Shown: one piece after another, positions 1 to 7,889 of the stretch
Layout: each line of letters begins with the position of its first letter
Position numbering within the stretch: position 1 is the stretch's first letter
Translations under genes and position numbers: made by a program
NCBI GenBank assembly: GCA_049423385.1
Contig: JBMSQQ010000079.1
Span: 1 to 16,101, forward strand
Length of the DNA: 16,101 nt
DNA from: Silvanigrellaceae bacterium
GTDB lineage: Bacteria; Bdellovibrionota_B; Oligoflexia; Silvanigrellales; Silvanigrellaceae
Direction: 5' to 3'
Notes under the pieces: model-generated
Told to the model about the DNA's origin: nothing
Database searches by the model: none
The model's input: the letters and a program-made list of their open reading frames with translations, nothing else

Positions 1-104
1 CACGACTCAAAGCGTTTCATCTCCTTCATCAAGCGACGCCAAATCCGCTGGCTACGTGGACTGCGGACAATGAACTCTGATTCACCGACAACTTTTTTTG
101 CCAC
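1..104 (-). CDS. Possible 5' end of a gene running off the left edge (MAKKVVGESEFIVRSPRSQRIWRRLMKEMKRFES...)
   Basis: The only minus-strand frame open from 143 to the window edge. GTG at 104. No clear SD and no recognisable family. Confidence 0.25.
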   Translation of the reverse strand, partial: MAKKVVGESEFIVRSPRSQRIWRRLMKEMKRFES

Positions 105-414
105 ACAAATTGAGCAATTCAATGAAGTGCAGTGTAAAAACCATTAGCCTTCAGCTCCCACGACACCCTGAGAATCCAGAACTCTGGTCCATTGCTCAAA
201 TTTATGATTCCGCTTTGTGCTGAAGTGTGCAGACCGGAGAAGCTCAAGTCGCTGGGCCAACCTTCGCAAGTCGTACGTCGTGATTAAACTTCCCACCGTG
301 ACACATTCATGCGAACTTCATAACAGCAAGATGGAAAATCAAAGGACGCTCTCTACGCCAATGGTACTACTGCTTAAAATATGGGAGAGTAGCCATGTGC
401 AGCCTGTTTTTTTC

Positions 415-449
415 AAAATCCCATGGGAGCAAACTCCGGGATTTTTTTT
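415..449 (+). terminator. Intrinsic terminator-like hairpin with T-tract
   Basis: AAAATCCC (415-422) pairs with GGGATTTT (438-445). Inner GGAG/CTCC stem with CAAA loop and a 3-nt bulge. Eight T at 442-449. Confidence 0.4.
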
Positions 450-471
450 GAAGGCTATCGGGGGACCTCCT

Positions 472-960
472 TTGCAGAAGCGAAATGGTGTTTCTATACT
501 ATCTGCAAATCGTTGTCGCATAAGTATTCGGGTGAAAGTCAACGCTCGCACCAGTCAAGTGTTGGGTTTTTCCAATGAGCGTGGCGTTCTCGAAGTTGCC
601 TTGAATGCCCCACCCCGCGATGGTGAGGCGAATGCCGAGCTTATCGAAGTGATGAGCGAGTTGTTGCAGCTTCCAAAGCGACATCTGGCTATCGTCGGTG
701 GTCTTCAAAGTCGTGACAAACTGCTCGAGGTCGAGAGCGATTTCCAACGCATCGAGGAGATTCTGATGCGCAACAGTGCCGTTGCAACGCCCTTAAAAGA
801 AGAACCGCCTGTACGTTACACGAAGTCAAATTTGCCCAGCAAACCTTGTGCAACATGTGGTCTTCCATTCAACTGGCGCAAGAAGTGGGAGCGTTGCTGG
901 AATGAAGTTCGATACTGTTCAGACCGGTGTCGGAACGAAAAAGGGTCTGGTCATTCTTGA
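472..960 (+). CDS. DUF167 (YggU/UPF0235) domain fused in frame to a C-terminal DUF2256 CxxC...CxxxC domain
   Basis: IRVKVNA...[19 protein letters not shown]...GLQSRDKLL fits DUF167. [37 protein letters not shown] fits DUF2256. I place the start at the in-frame TTG 472 (GGGGA at 461-465), downstream of the hairpin. The ORF is open from 217, so the start is uncertain. Confidence 0.8.
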   Translation: MQKRNGVSILSANRCRISIRVKVNARTSQVLGFSNERGVLEVALNAPPRDGEANAELIEVMSELLQLPKRHLAIVGGLQSRDKLLEVESDFQRIEEILMRNSAVATPLKEEPPVRYTKSNLPSKPCATCGLPFNWRKKWERCWNEVRYCSDRCRNEKGSGHS

Positions 961-986
961 ATGCTGTTTTTGCCTGGCCTCTTTGG

Positions 987-1013
987 TCAAGATTCACCCG
1001 GATTGACCGATAA
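987..1013 (+). promoter_or_regulatory. Sigma28 (FliA)-type promoter
   Basis: TCAA-N15-ACCGATAA versus the consensus TAAA-N15-GCCGATAA: exact spacing, one mismatch per box, 32 nt upstream of ATG 1046. Confidence 0.55.
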
Positions 1014-1045
1014 CTTCCAACGGTCCCCGTGTTTTTGGAGTTTCA

Positions 1046-2263
1046 ATGACTGTCAGAACAGCTTCCAATAAAAAGCCCACTTTTGCGATTGCATTGGCGG
1101 CTGGATGTGTTGCTTTGTTGTCATGTGTAAAAAAGAATCAGAGTCAGCCTCAACACGCCATCGGAACTCTGCCTTTGCGCTCTGAGCCCTTTCTTTGGCA
1201 GGAAATGACTGTTGCTGAGTTTACAAAAGAGGTTCTTCCCAACATGTGGGTGATGGCCTCGGAAAGTGACCTCATTCCTGATACCGACGCAAGAGTGAAG
1301 TTGCTTCAAGAAGCCATGAATCAGTTTCACGCGAAAGTCACGAAAAAATATCCAAGCTTGGCAAATGTTCCTCAACCGCGCGCGGCACTGTTTCGTGACT
1401 CTTCAATGAGTGCTTTTGTTGAAACTGTTCCATACTGCGCAGAGGCAACAATTCTGCTTCCTGGTTCGACAGACAAACCTGTTTACGCAGACGCCGTGCG
1501 AATCACCAAGGATGGATCCTTGGCAGATAGAGACTTGTGTCGGGCAGCTGATTCAACTCTCTTCAACTCTTATGTAGGTTTTCTAAATTCTCTCAGTCAC
1601 GGTTGTAGACTTGAAAAAACAGGAAGTGCTTTTAAGTTGTCGCCAGCCTGTCGTTTGAATGCCTACTTTAATGGTTACTCCAAAGCGACGCGATTTTCCT
1701 TCGACCGAATATCATCCGTGATCTATTTTTCCACGGGTCTGCTTGACACACTTCAAGACAACAAACTTGTAATTTACACTTTGATGCACGAATTGGCTCA
1801 CTATTACCGTGCCCATCCATTGCTTCCAGAGGCCGATTTTGCAATTTTCTATTCTGTGGGAGAAAAGAATACGCCAAGTTTTCCCGTTCCGGATGAAGAA
1901 CTTTCGCGACTTGCTCGTGAGAAAAACTTTGCCGAGTTGACCAGAATCATGATCGAAAGGCGATTGGGCTATTACTCCTTTGAACAGGAGGCCGACGAGT
2001 TTGCCTTGGAGTTTCTTGCGGAACTTGGAATATCCACTGCAGATGGCGGTGAATCGATGATGCGGATGCTTAAAAACACCAAGAAGGTGACACCACCCGA
2101 GTTGGATTATGAATCATGCGCTGCGTTGCGAGCTCAAAAATGGATGACATCAAACAACGTTTCAGCCTATGTCCCCATTGGAAATCTTGCCGATCCACAT
2201 CACTCCCTTTGTTACCGTGCTTACAACCTTGACCGTGAGCGTGACGCACACCGCTTTCCGTGA
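1046..2263 (+). CDS. M48-like zinc metallopeptidase, predicted lipoprotein
   Basis: Signal peptide with lipobox-like ALLSC. IYFSTGLL precedes LMHELAHY (HExxH), with EQEADEFA downstream (third-ligand ExxAD motif typical of M48) and a late His-containing DPHH. GGAG SD at 1037-1040. Confidence 0.8.
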   Translation: MTVRTASNKKPTFAIALAAGCVALLSCVKKNQSQPQHAIGTLPLRSEPFLWQEMTVAEFTKEVLPNMWVMASESDLIPDTDARVKLLQEAMNQFHAKVTKKYPSLANVPQPRAALFRDSSMSAFVETVPYCAEATILLPGSTDKPVYADAVRITKDGSLADRDLCRAADSTLFNSYVGFLNSLSHGCRLEKTGSAFKLSPACRLNAYFNGYSKATRFSFDRISSVIYFSTGLLDTLQDNKLVIYTLMHELAHYYRAHPLLPEADFAIFYSVGEKNTPSFPVPDEELSRLAREKNFAELTRIMIERRLGYYSFEQEADEFALEFLAELGISTADGGESMMRMLKNTKKVTPPELDYESCAALRAQKWMTSNNVSAYVPIGNLADPHHSLCYRAYNLDRERDAHRFP

Positions 2264-2326
2264 GGTGAATTTCCACTTTTGAGAGTGGTTAAAACCCCGG
2301 ATTCAGACTTCAGAACCGGCTTTGCG

Positions 2327-2363
2327 AAAAAGCGCGAGGGCATCGAAAACACCTCCCGCGCTT
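2327..2363 (-). terminator. Possible intrinsic terminator between convergent genes
   Basis: AAGCGCG (2330-2336) pairs with CGCGCTT (2357-2363), with an inner AGG/CCT. The A-run at 2327-2331 gives a U-tail on the minus strand. The loop is large and the stem imperfect. Confidence 0.35.
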
Positions 2364-2472
2364 GAATATGAAAAACCTGACCCAAATTTGCATCAAATCC
2401 GACATGTCGGCAGGCTAAAATTTAAATCCCTGAGAAATCGCATCATTGCATGAGGAGCTGCTCGATGAAAAT

Positions 2473-3012
2473 TCACCTGCAGACAGCAGCAAATTTAATT
2501 TTATCAGACCACCGTCCGAGCATGACACCCGAGCGTTGACGATATTCAAAATTCAACGTTCCCGAGGCGGTATCGAAGTCCACCAAATGCCAATCGACGT
2601 ACCCCTTGCGAGAACCGTCTGTGTACTTTGTCCGATGACTTTCCATATAAAAATAATCGTTGCTGAACTCAGTGACAGCATAGTCAATCGGAGAGCGGAA
2701 ATTGTGACGTCCATCTGGAGTATCGAACTCGAATTTCTCGACTTCACCCGACTCACGAACCATTTCAAATGAACTCAAAAACCAGGTAATCCGGTCGCCC
2801 CCGAACGCTCCACCATCCTTTTGCAGACTGCTCAGACAAAGATTCACATTCGAAATAGTCTCGCCTGAAACCTCATTTCGAACGGATTCAGCTTGGCACG
2901 CCTTAATCAATCTGCGTCCTTGATTTGGACCCTCATTGCAGGGTGCTGCATTTGCATAGGAAACCAAGCATGACGCAACAACGAAAGGCAACAAAACGCC
3001 TCTGAACACCAT
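2473..3012 (-). CDS. Secreted hypothetical protein (179 aa)
   Basis: GGAGG SD upstream of the ATG. Sec-type signal peptide ending in ANA. Beta-rich mature region with four Cys. No family recognised. Confidence 0.7.
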   Translation of the reverse strand: MVFRGVLLPFVVASCLVSYANAAPCNEGPNQGRRLIKACQAESVRNEVSGETISNVNLCLSSLQKDGGAFGGDRITWFLSSFEMVRESGEVEKFEFDTPDGRHNFRSPIDYAVTEFSNDYFYMESHRTKYTDGSRKGYVDWHLVDFDTASGTLNFEYRQRSGVMLGRWSDKIKFAAVCR

Positions 3013-3126
3013 GGAAACCTCCGGATTATTTCCGAACAGATTGCCACAAAGTTCGCCAATTGCAAACTTTTAACCATTGAATCTGCTCAGCAAAACATTG
3101 CACTCAAAAACTCAAGACTTGGAGAC

Positions 3127-5037
3127 TTACTTTGGATGGAAGCCAAGCTGCTCCCTGGACTGTCCAAGAATATCAAAAATATCTTTGTGGGGATTGAACA
3201 AAAGTCTCGGAACTTCAACATAAACTGCATTGACAAGATCGGAATGACTCAGCAATTCAAACATCGCAACTTCATGGTAAAAGACCGGTTCTCCATTGTG
3301 AATTTTTTTGGAGATTAGAAAAATCTCGCTGCGTGTGAGTTGGGAAAAATCCACAGCAATCGAATGCCGGCCGTCATTTGGCAAGAGCGAATCCATCATC
3401 CTTGATTCAACAAATGCCAGCGCTGCATTGAAGTGCGTTGCCTCGACCAAACCACTGCTTCCAAATAGCTTGTCCCTATCGCCAGGCGTTAAACGTCCAC
3501 CCTCAATACAGATCCTGACCTTTTCTCCCAATGGATTGGAAGCGATCACAGGAACACCACCGACATCAGATTGCTTCCGTGCAACAACCCCAAGCACAGA
3601 CAATGGCCTCAAGAGCTTTTTGTTCAGCTCTGTCAGCCGCTCAAGATTGCTCTTTGGCCATTCCATGTGGGGAAAGTGAAAGATGGCCCCCAAGAGCGAA
3701 AGTACATCTTCAAATTTCACCAATGTGGTTCCGGAAGATGAGCCCTCTGCAACGTTTAACCTGACCCGATTGCCCATCGAAACCAAAGTATTAAGCATTT
3801 TGATTGCATCCATCGAGATGTCTGAAAATCTTATGGTTTCTTGGGCATGCTCAGTATCTAAAACAATTGCCCTCTGGACGTCCGTCCGAATCGAATCAAG
3901 ACAAAGCTTTATCGAATAAAAGAGGCACTTCAGGGAATCAATTTTAAGACTCACTTCCTCACGGTTGCCAAAGATGTTGTCCACCGTCCGAACATGCAGG
4001 CAATTGCAAGACTGAATTCTGTCGGAAAGGAAATTGAAGTGATTGACGATCTCTCCGTGGCCTCCAGCCACAACGCTGTACTTGCCATCGGGCTCAAGCA
4101 AGGGTTCAGCGGCAGCAGTGAAGCGTATTGTCGAGTTTTCCATCCCCTGTTCCAGGATTGAATAAGACTGAGGTCCTGGGGACATCAGGGAGTCACGCAC
4201 GCCCTGTGCAATTGAATTTTGCATTTTTTGCTTGAATCCCTCTTCGGAGCCAACAGCAACAACAATTATCGTTTCAGAGCCAGGCAAAATCGCAGCCTGC
4301 TGCCAAATATTGAAGTCCAAAAAGCATTCCAGCCGGGATCCAACCGGAACCAGGGCCTTTGGCAAGGACACGCAACTTTGAAGAAAAAAGCGGAACGTGA
4401 AGTATGCCTCAAAAACCTTTTCCAAATCCCTGTCCGAAAAAACAAAATTTTTTGAAGGTGAACAGTTCGACCGGAATTTTGAAATTGACCTCTTTGCAAT
4501 ATCCAGAATCTCGGAAATTCCGCGACGAAAAACCTCGGACTTTTCTCCAAATTCGTCGGACTCCAAAAACTCTCGGACTCGACCGTATTCAGTAATGAGG
4601 CTCGAATCCAATTCAGCGAGTTCTTCAGAAATATTCACCGAACCACCAATATGAGTGGTGCCAGTGGCCGTGAGAATGCTTTCAAAAATCAATTGAATCC
4701 CTGGATAGTGGACTTCAATCGACTCGCAAAAAGCAGCTATCCTGTGCAGAAATCGGGTTGCAGCGCCAGCTGCAAGGATGACTGTTGCAATCCTTTGATT
4801 CAACATTGTTTCAGCGGAAAGACCAGAAAGACCGGATCGTTCCTGATAATCCTGGAGGAATATCGCCACCGCCTCTTCTGAAATCACCATCCCATTCTCA
4901 ACAGTGCAGGGCTCAACGAGGGAAAACGGCTCTTGATACTTTCCAGCCAAATAATCTTCAATGCGCTTTTCATGCGTCAAAACCTTCTGTTGGTCTAGAC
5001 CAGTATCTCTCAGAATATTGAGATTTACTTTCGACAT
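3127..5037 (-). CDS. DUF4301-like protein (nucleotide-diphospho-sugar transferase / UDP-sugar pyrophosphorylase-like fold)
   Basis: Ordered motifs VILAAGAATRF, LPKALV, GGHGEI, TVDNI, RPLSVLGVV...DVGGVP, ATHFNA and VYVEVPRLLFNPHKDIFDIL match my recollection of DUF4301 (ASGAASRMF, PKGL, GHGAL, NIDNV, RPIRVCGMV, THFNP, FVEVP..FNPVK..DLL). AAGGGAG SD. Overlaps the ATPase end by 13 nt. Confidence 0.8.
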   Translation of the reverse strand: MSKVNLNILRDTGLDQQKVLTHEKRIEDYLAGKYQEPFSLVEPCTVENGMVISEEAVAIFLQDYQERSGLSGLSAETMLNQRIATVILAAGAATRFLHRIAAFCESIEVHYPGIQLIFESILTATGTTHIGGSVNISEELAELDSSLITEYGRVREFLESDEFGEKSEVFRRGISEILDIAKRSISKFRSNCSPSKNFVFSDRDLEKVFEAYFTFRFFLQSCVSLPKALVPVGSRLECFLDFNIWQQAAILPGSETIIVVAVGSEEGFKQKMQNSIAQGVRDSLMSPGPQSYSILEQGMENSTIRFTAAAEPLLEPDGKYSVVAGGHGEIVNHFNFLSDRIQSCNCLHVRTVDNIFGNREEVSLKIDSLKCLFYSIKLCLDSIRTDVQRAIVLDTEHAQETIRFSDISMDAIKMLNTLVSMGNRVRLNVAEGSSSGTTLVKFEDVLSLLGAIFHFPHMEWPKSNLERLTELNKKLLRPLSVLGVVARKQSDVGGVPVIASNPLGEKVRICIEGGRLTPGDRDKLFGSSGLVEATHFNAALAFVESRMMDSLLPNDGRHSIAVDFSQLTRSEIFLISKKIHNGEPVFYHEVAMFELLSHSDLVNAVYVEVPRLLFNPHKDIFDILGQSREQLGFHPK

Positions 5038-7706
5038 GCCACTCTCCCTTTGAGGACGTTCGAGATCAATTTGTCCAACTCAACAACCAAGACAACAGTG
5101 AAGCTGAGAACCAGGAGAACAGCTATTCCATCAATTGGGATGGGAACAATTTGAAGAATTTCCCTTGTGAACTCAAAATGGGAAGCGAGCAGGTGAATAC
5201 CAAGTGCAATCAATACAGAAAGAACAAGAACTGGACTCCTGATTGGACTCAATTTGAAAGCCGAGACACTTTCTGATCGACAATTGCCAATGTGCACGTT
5301 TTCAAAAAAGACCATCAGCATCAGCACGGAACTCTGCGCAAGAGCCTGATCAGCGTATCTGTCAAGAATCCAGGTGTAAGTGTAGAAGGAAACACATCCC
5401 ATGGTCACGGAGGACAACAAAATCCTTCGAATCATGATCGCATTGAAGATACGCTCGGATGGTTTTCTTGGCGCTGCGCGTAGAATGTTTGGTTCACCAG
5501 GCTCAAATGCAAGCGCAATGTCCTGAATGCCATTCGTGACCAGATTCAGCCACAGCAAGTGGATTGGATAGAGCGGCAATGGAAGCTTTTCAACCAATGC
5601 AAGCGTAACCATGATGATCTCTGCACAGCCCGTGGATATCAGAAGCATGATTATCTTTCGGATATTGGCATAGGCAATTCGTCCTTCTTCTATGCCTGCA
5701 ACGATTGAAGAAAAGTTGTCATCTGTTATCACGAGCCCCGCAGCTGAACGCGCGGTGTCGGTTCCACTTGCACCCATCGCAACACCAATATTGGCAGTGT
5801 GAAGTGCAGGAGTGTCATTGACACCATCGCCAGTGACAGCAACAAAATGACCAAGCTGCTGGGCTTTCCTTACGATATTGAGCTTCTGGTGAGGTGTGAT
5901 TCGAGCAAAGACCTTGCATCTTCCCAGTGCATCAACGAAGTCTGCCTCGCTCATTGCATCAATTTCACGCCCATTCAGAACCTCATCAAAGTCTTTAATC
6001 AAGCCGAGCTCTTTTCCTATCGAACTTGCAGTGACTGGATGATCGCCAGTGAGCATGAAGACTGTGATTCCGGATTCCATGCAGATTTGAATTGATTCCC
6101 TGACACCATCCCGCAAGGGGTCCTTGATACCTACGAGTCCAACGAGGTGCATTCCGGAAAGACTTTCAGAAGTCAGTACATTTGGGCCATCGCCCTTGAG
6201 ATCGAGATCCGCCACGGCAACCGTCCTGAAGCCCGCCTCCGCAAGTTCCCGCACCGAATGAGTGAATCGCGGGAAGTCTGTCTCTTTGCGACACATACCA
6301 AAGACAACCTCTGGGGCACCTTTTGCCATCAAAACAGAACCAGAGTGCGCTCTCACCAAAACAGCTGCGTATTGGTTTTCAGAGTCAAACGGAATTTCGT
6401 CGACAATGGAATAGAGAACTTCGGCAGACTCTCTGCTCCATTTCAACTTGTGCGCCAAAGACAACAAGGCAACGTCTGTTGGGTCTCCACGCCACTTCCA
6501 TCGTCCTTCGTCAATGTACAACTGACCGTCATTGCAGAGCACCGCCGCTCGTGCAAGACGTGAAAGATGTGAATGATTGGAGTCGACAATCCGGTCTCCT
6601 TGAACAACTTCGCCTTCGGGTTCGAACCCAACCCCGGTGACCTCAAAGCGTTCACCGCTTGGGTCAACAATCCTCTGAACGGTCTGCTCATTTCGAGTGA
6701 GAGTTCCGGTCTTGTCGGTTGCAATCAGGGTGCAGCTGCCAAGCGCTTCAACAGCCGGCAACGATCGCACAATGACACCCCGACTGAGCATCTTGTTTGC
6801 TGCTATCGCCAAAGCCACTGTCAGCGCGACGGGAAGGCCCTCTGGAATCGCAGAAACAGCCAATGCAACGGCAAAAAGTGCCATTTCAGCAACATCGTAG
6901 CCCCGGCTGAATATTCCAAACCCAACAAGAACCAAAGAAATGATGCAAACCACGATGGCAATCGCCTTTGAAAATTTCTCCATTCTCAAAACGATCGGAG
7001 CTCTGCCCTTTTCTGCTTTTTGAATTTCGGCGGCTATGCTGCCAATCTCGCTCCTCACACCCGTCGCAACGACGATTCCCTTGCCCTTGCCCTTTGTAAC
7101 AGAGCTTCCGGCAAACAAAGTATTTCTGCAGTCACCCAGTATAACCCCGGACCCGGCCATCCAGTCGAAGCTCTTGGCAATTGGGACTGATTCACCTGTG
7201 AGCAGAGACTCATTGGTTTCAAGGTGGAACGAGTGAACAAGACGCGTATCTGCCGGAACAATTGTACCCGCCTCAACAAAAATGATGTCACCAGGAACCA
7301 ACTCCGTTGCCGGAAGAGTCTTGTTGAATCCATTCCGCAGGCAATTGACTCTTGTGTCAATCATGCTTTGCAATGCAAAAGCGGTCTTTTCAGCCTTGAA
7401 CTCGTGATATGCACCAATCGCAGCATTTATGATCAGAACCACAAGAATAAAGACGGCATCGACAATGTCACCGAGAAAAACTGAAATCAATGCAGCAATG
7501 AGTAGGAGGTAAATCAGTGAACTTCGAAACTGCCTCCCAAATATCGAAACCAGACTGGCTCTTGGCTTGCTCGGCAGAACATTTCTTCCCACTGAATCGA
7601 GTCTTCGCTTCGCTTCCTCGTCAGACAGTCCGAGCGATGATGTCTTCAATTGCTCGACGACTTCGTCAACCGTATGGCGAGCGAATTCAATTGCCGGAGT
7701 CGACAT
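5025..7706 (-). CDS. P-type II (SERCA/PMR1-like) cation-transporting ATPase
   Basis: LTGES, IPEGLP, DKTGTLT (phosphorylated Asp), KGAPE, MLTGD and TGDGVND motifs, with about 10 TM segments. ATG 7706 lies 7 nt after a GAGGA SD, so it is preferred over GTG 7712. Confidence 0.95.
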   Translation of the reverse strand: MSTPAIEFARHTVDEVVEQLKTSSLGLSDEEAKRRLDSVGRNVLPSKPRASLVSIFGRQFRSSLIYLLLIAALISVFLGDIVDAVFILVVLIINAAIGAYHEFKAEKTAFALQSMIDTRVNCLRNGFNKTLPATELVPGDIIFVEAGTIVPADTRLVHSFHLETNESLLTGESVPIAKSFDWMAGSGVILGDCRNTLFAGSSVTKGKGKGIVVATGVRSEIGSIAAEIQKAEKGRAPIVLRMEKFSKAIAIVVCIISLVLVGFGIFSRGYDVAEMALFAVALAVSAIPEGLPVALTVALAIAANKMLSRGVIVRSLPAVEALGSCTLIATDKTGTLTRNEQTVQRIVDPSGERFEVTGVGFEPEGEVVQGDRIVDSNHSHLSRLARAAVLCNDGQLYIDEGRWKWRGDPTDVALLSLAHKLKWSRESAEVLYSIVDEIPFDSENQYAAVLVRAHSGSVLMAKGAPEVVFGMCRKETDFPRFTHSVRELAEAGFRTVAVADLDLKGDGPNVLTSESLSGMHLVGLVGIKDPLRDGVRESIQICMESGITVFMLTGDHPVTASSIGKELGLIKDFDEVLNGREIDAMSEADFVDALGRCKVFARITPHQKLNIVRKAQQLGHFVAVTGDGVNDTPALHTANIGVAMGASGTDTARSAAGLVITDDNFSSIVAGIEEGRIAYANIRKIIMLLISTGCAEIIMVTLALVEKLPLPLYPIHLLWLNLVTNGIQDIALAFEPGEPNILRAAPRKPSERIFNAIMIRRILLSSVTMGCVSFYTYTWILDRYADQALAQSSVLMLMVFFENVHIGNCRSESVSAFKLSPIRSPVLVLSVLIALGIHLLASHFEFTREILQIVPIPIDGIAVLLVLSFTVVLVVELDKLISNVLKGRVACRK

Positions 7707-7889
7707 TGCCACATCCTCACCACATTGCCGCCAAGATGCGACAACTCCAGTCCACTCAACTTTCTGAACTCATGAAACTTCTGACACGAATGAGCTGCCC
7801 CATAAACCCTTGATTCTTACGTTAATGAAACCCCTGAAGGGTTTTCCCGAAGCGAATTTTCCACTTCAATCCGGCGATTCATACACTTC

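Noticed and set aside
420..445. GGGAGCAAACTCCGG resembling part of a c-di-GMP-I riboswitch
   Set aside because: The upstream GCAAAC/GNRA-loop stem and the downstream receptor stem are not present. A simple hairpin explains it.
217..471. N-terminal extension of the 247-aa ORF
   Set aside because: No domain-like sequence, no SD at GTG 217, and it spans a terminator-like hairpin with T-runs. Probably non-coding.
2399..2410. Perfect 12-bp palindrome CCGACATGTCGG
   Set aside because: Single copy between convergent 3' ends with no promoter context. Could be chance.
2446..2772. 108-aa + strand ORF
   Set aside because: Antisense to the 179-aa ORF, which has a good SD and a signal peptide.
7828..7844. 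AAACCC-N5-GGGTTT inverted repeat in the divergent promoter region
   Set aside because: Only 6 bp per arm. Well placed for an operator but not distinguishable from chance without conservation data.
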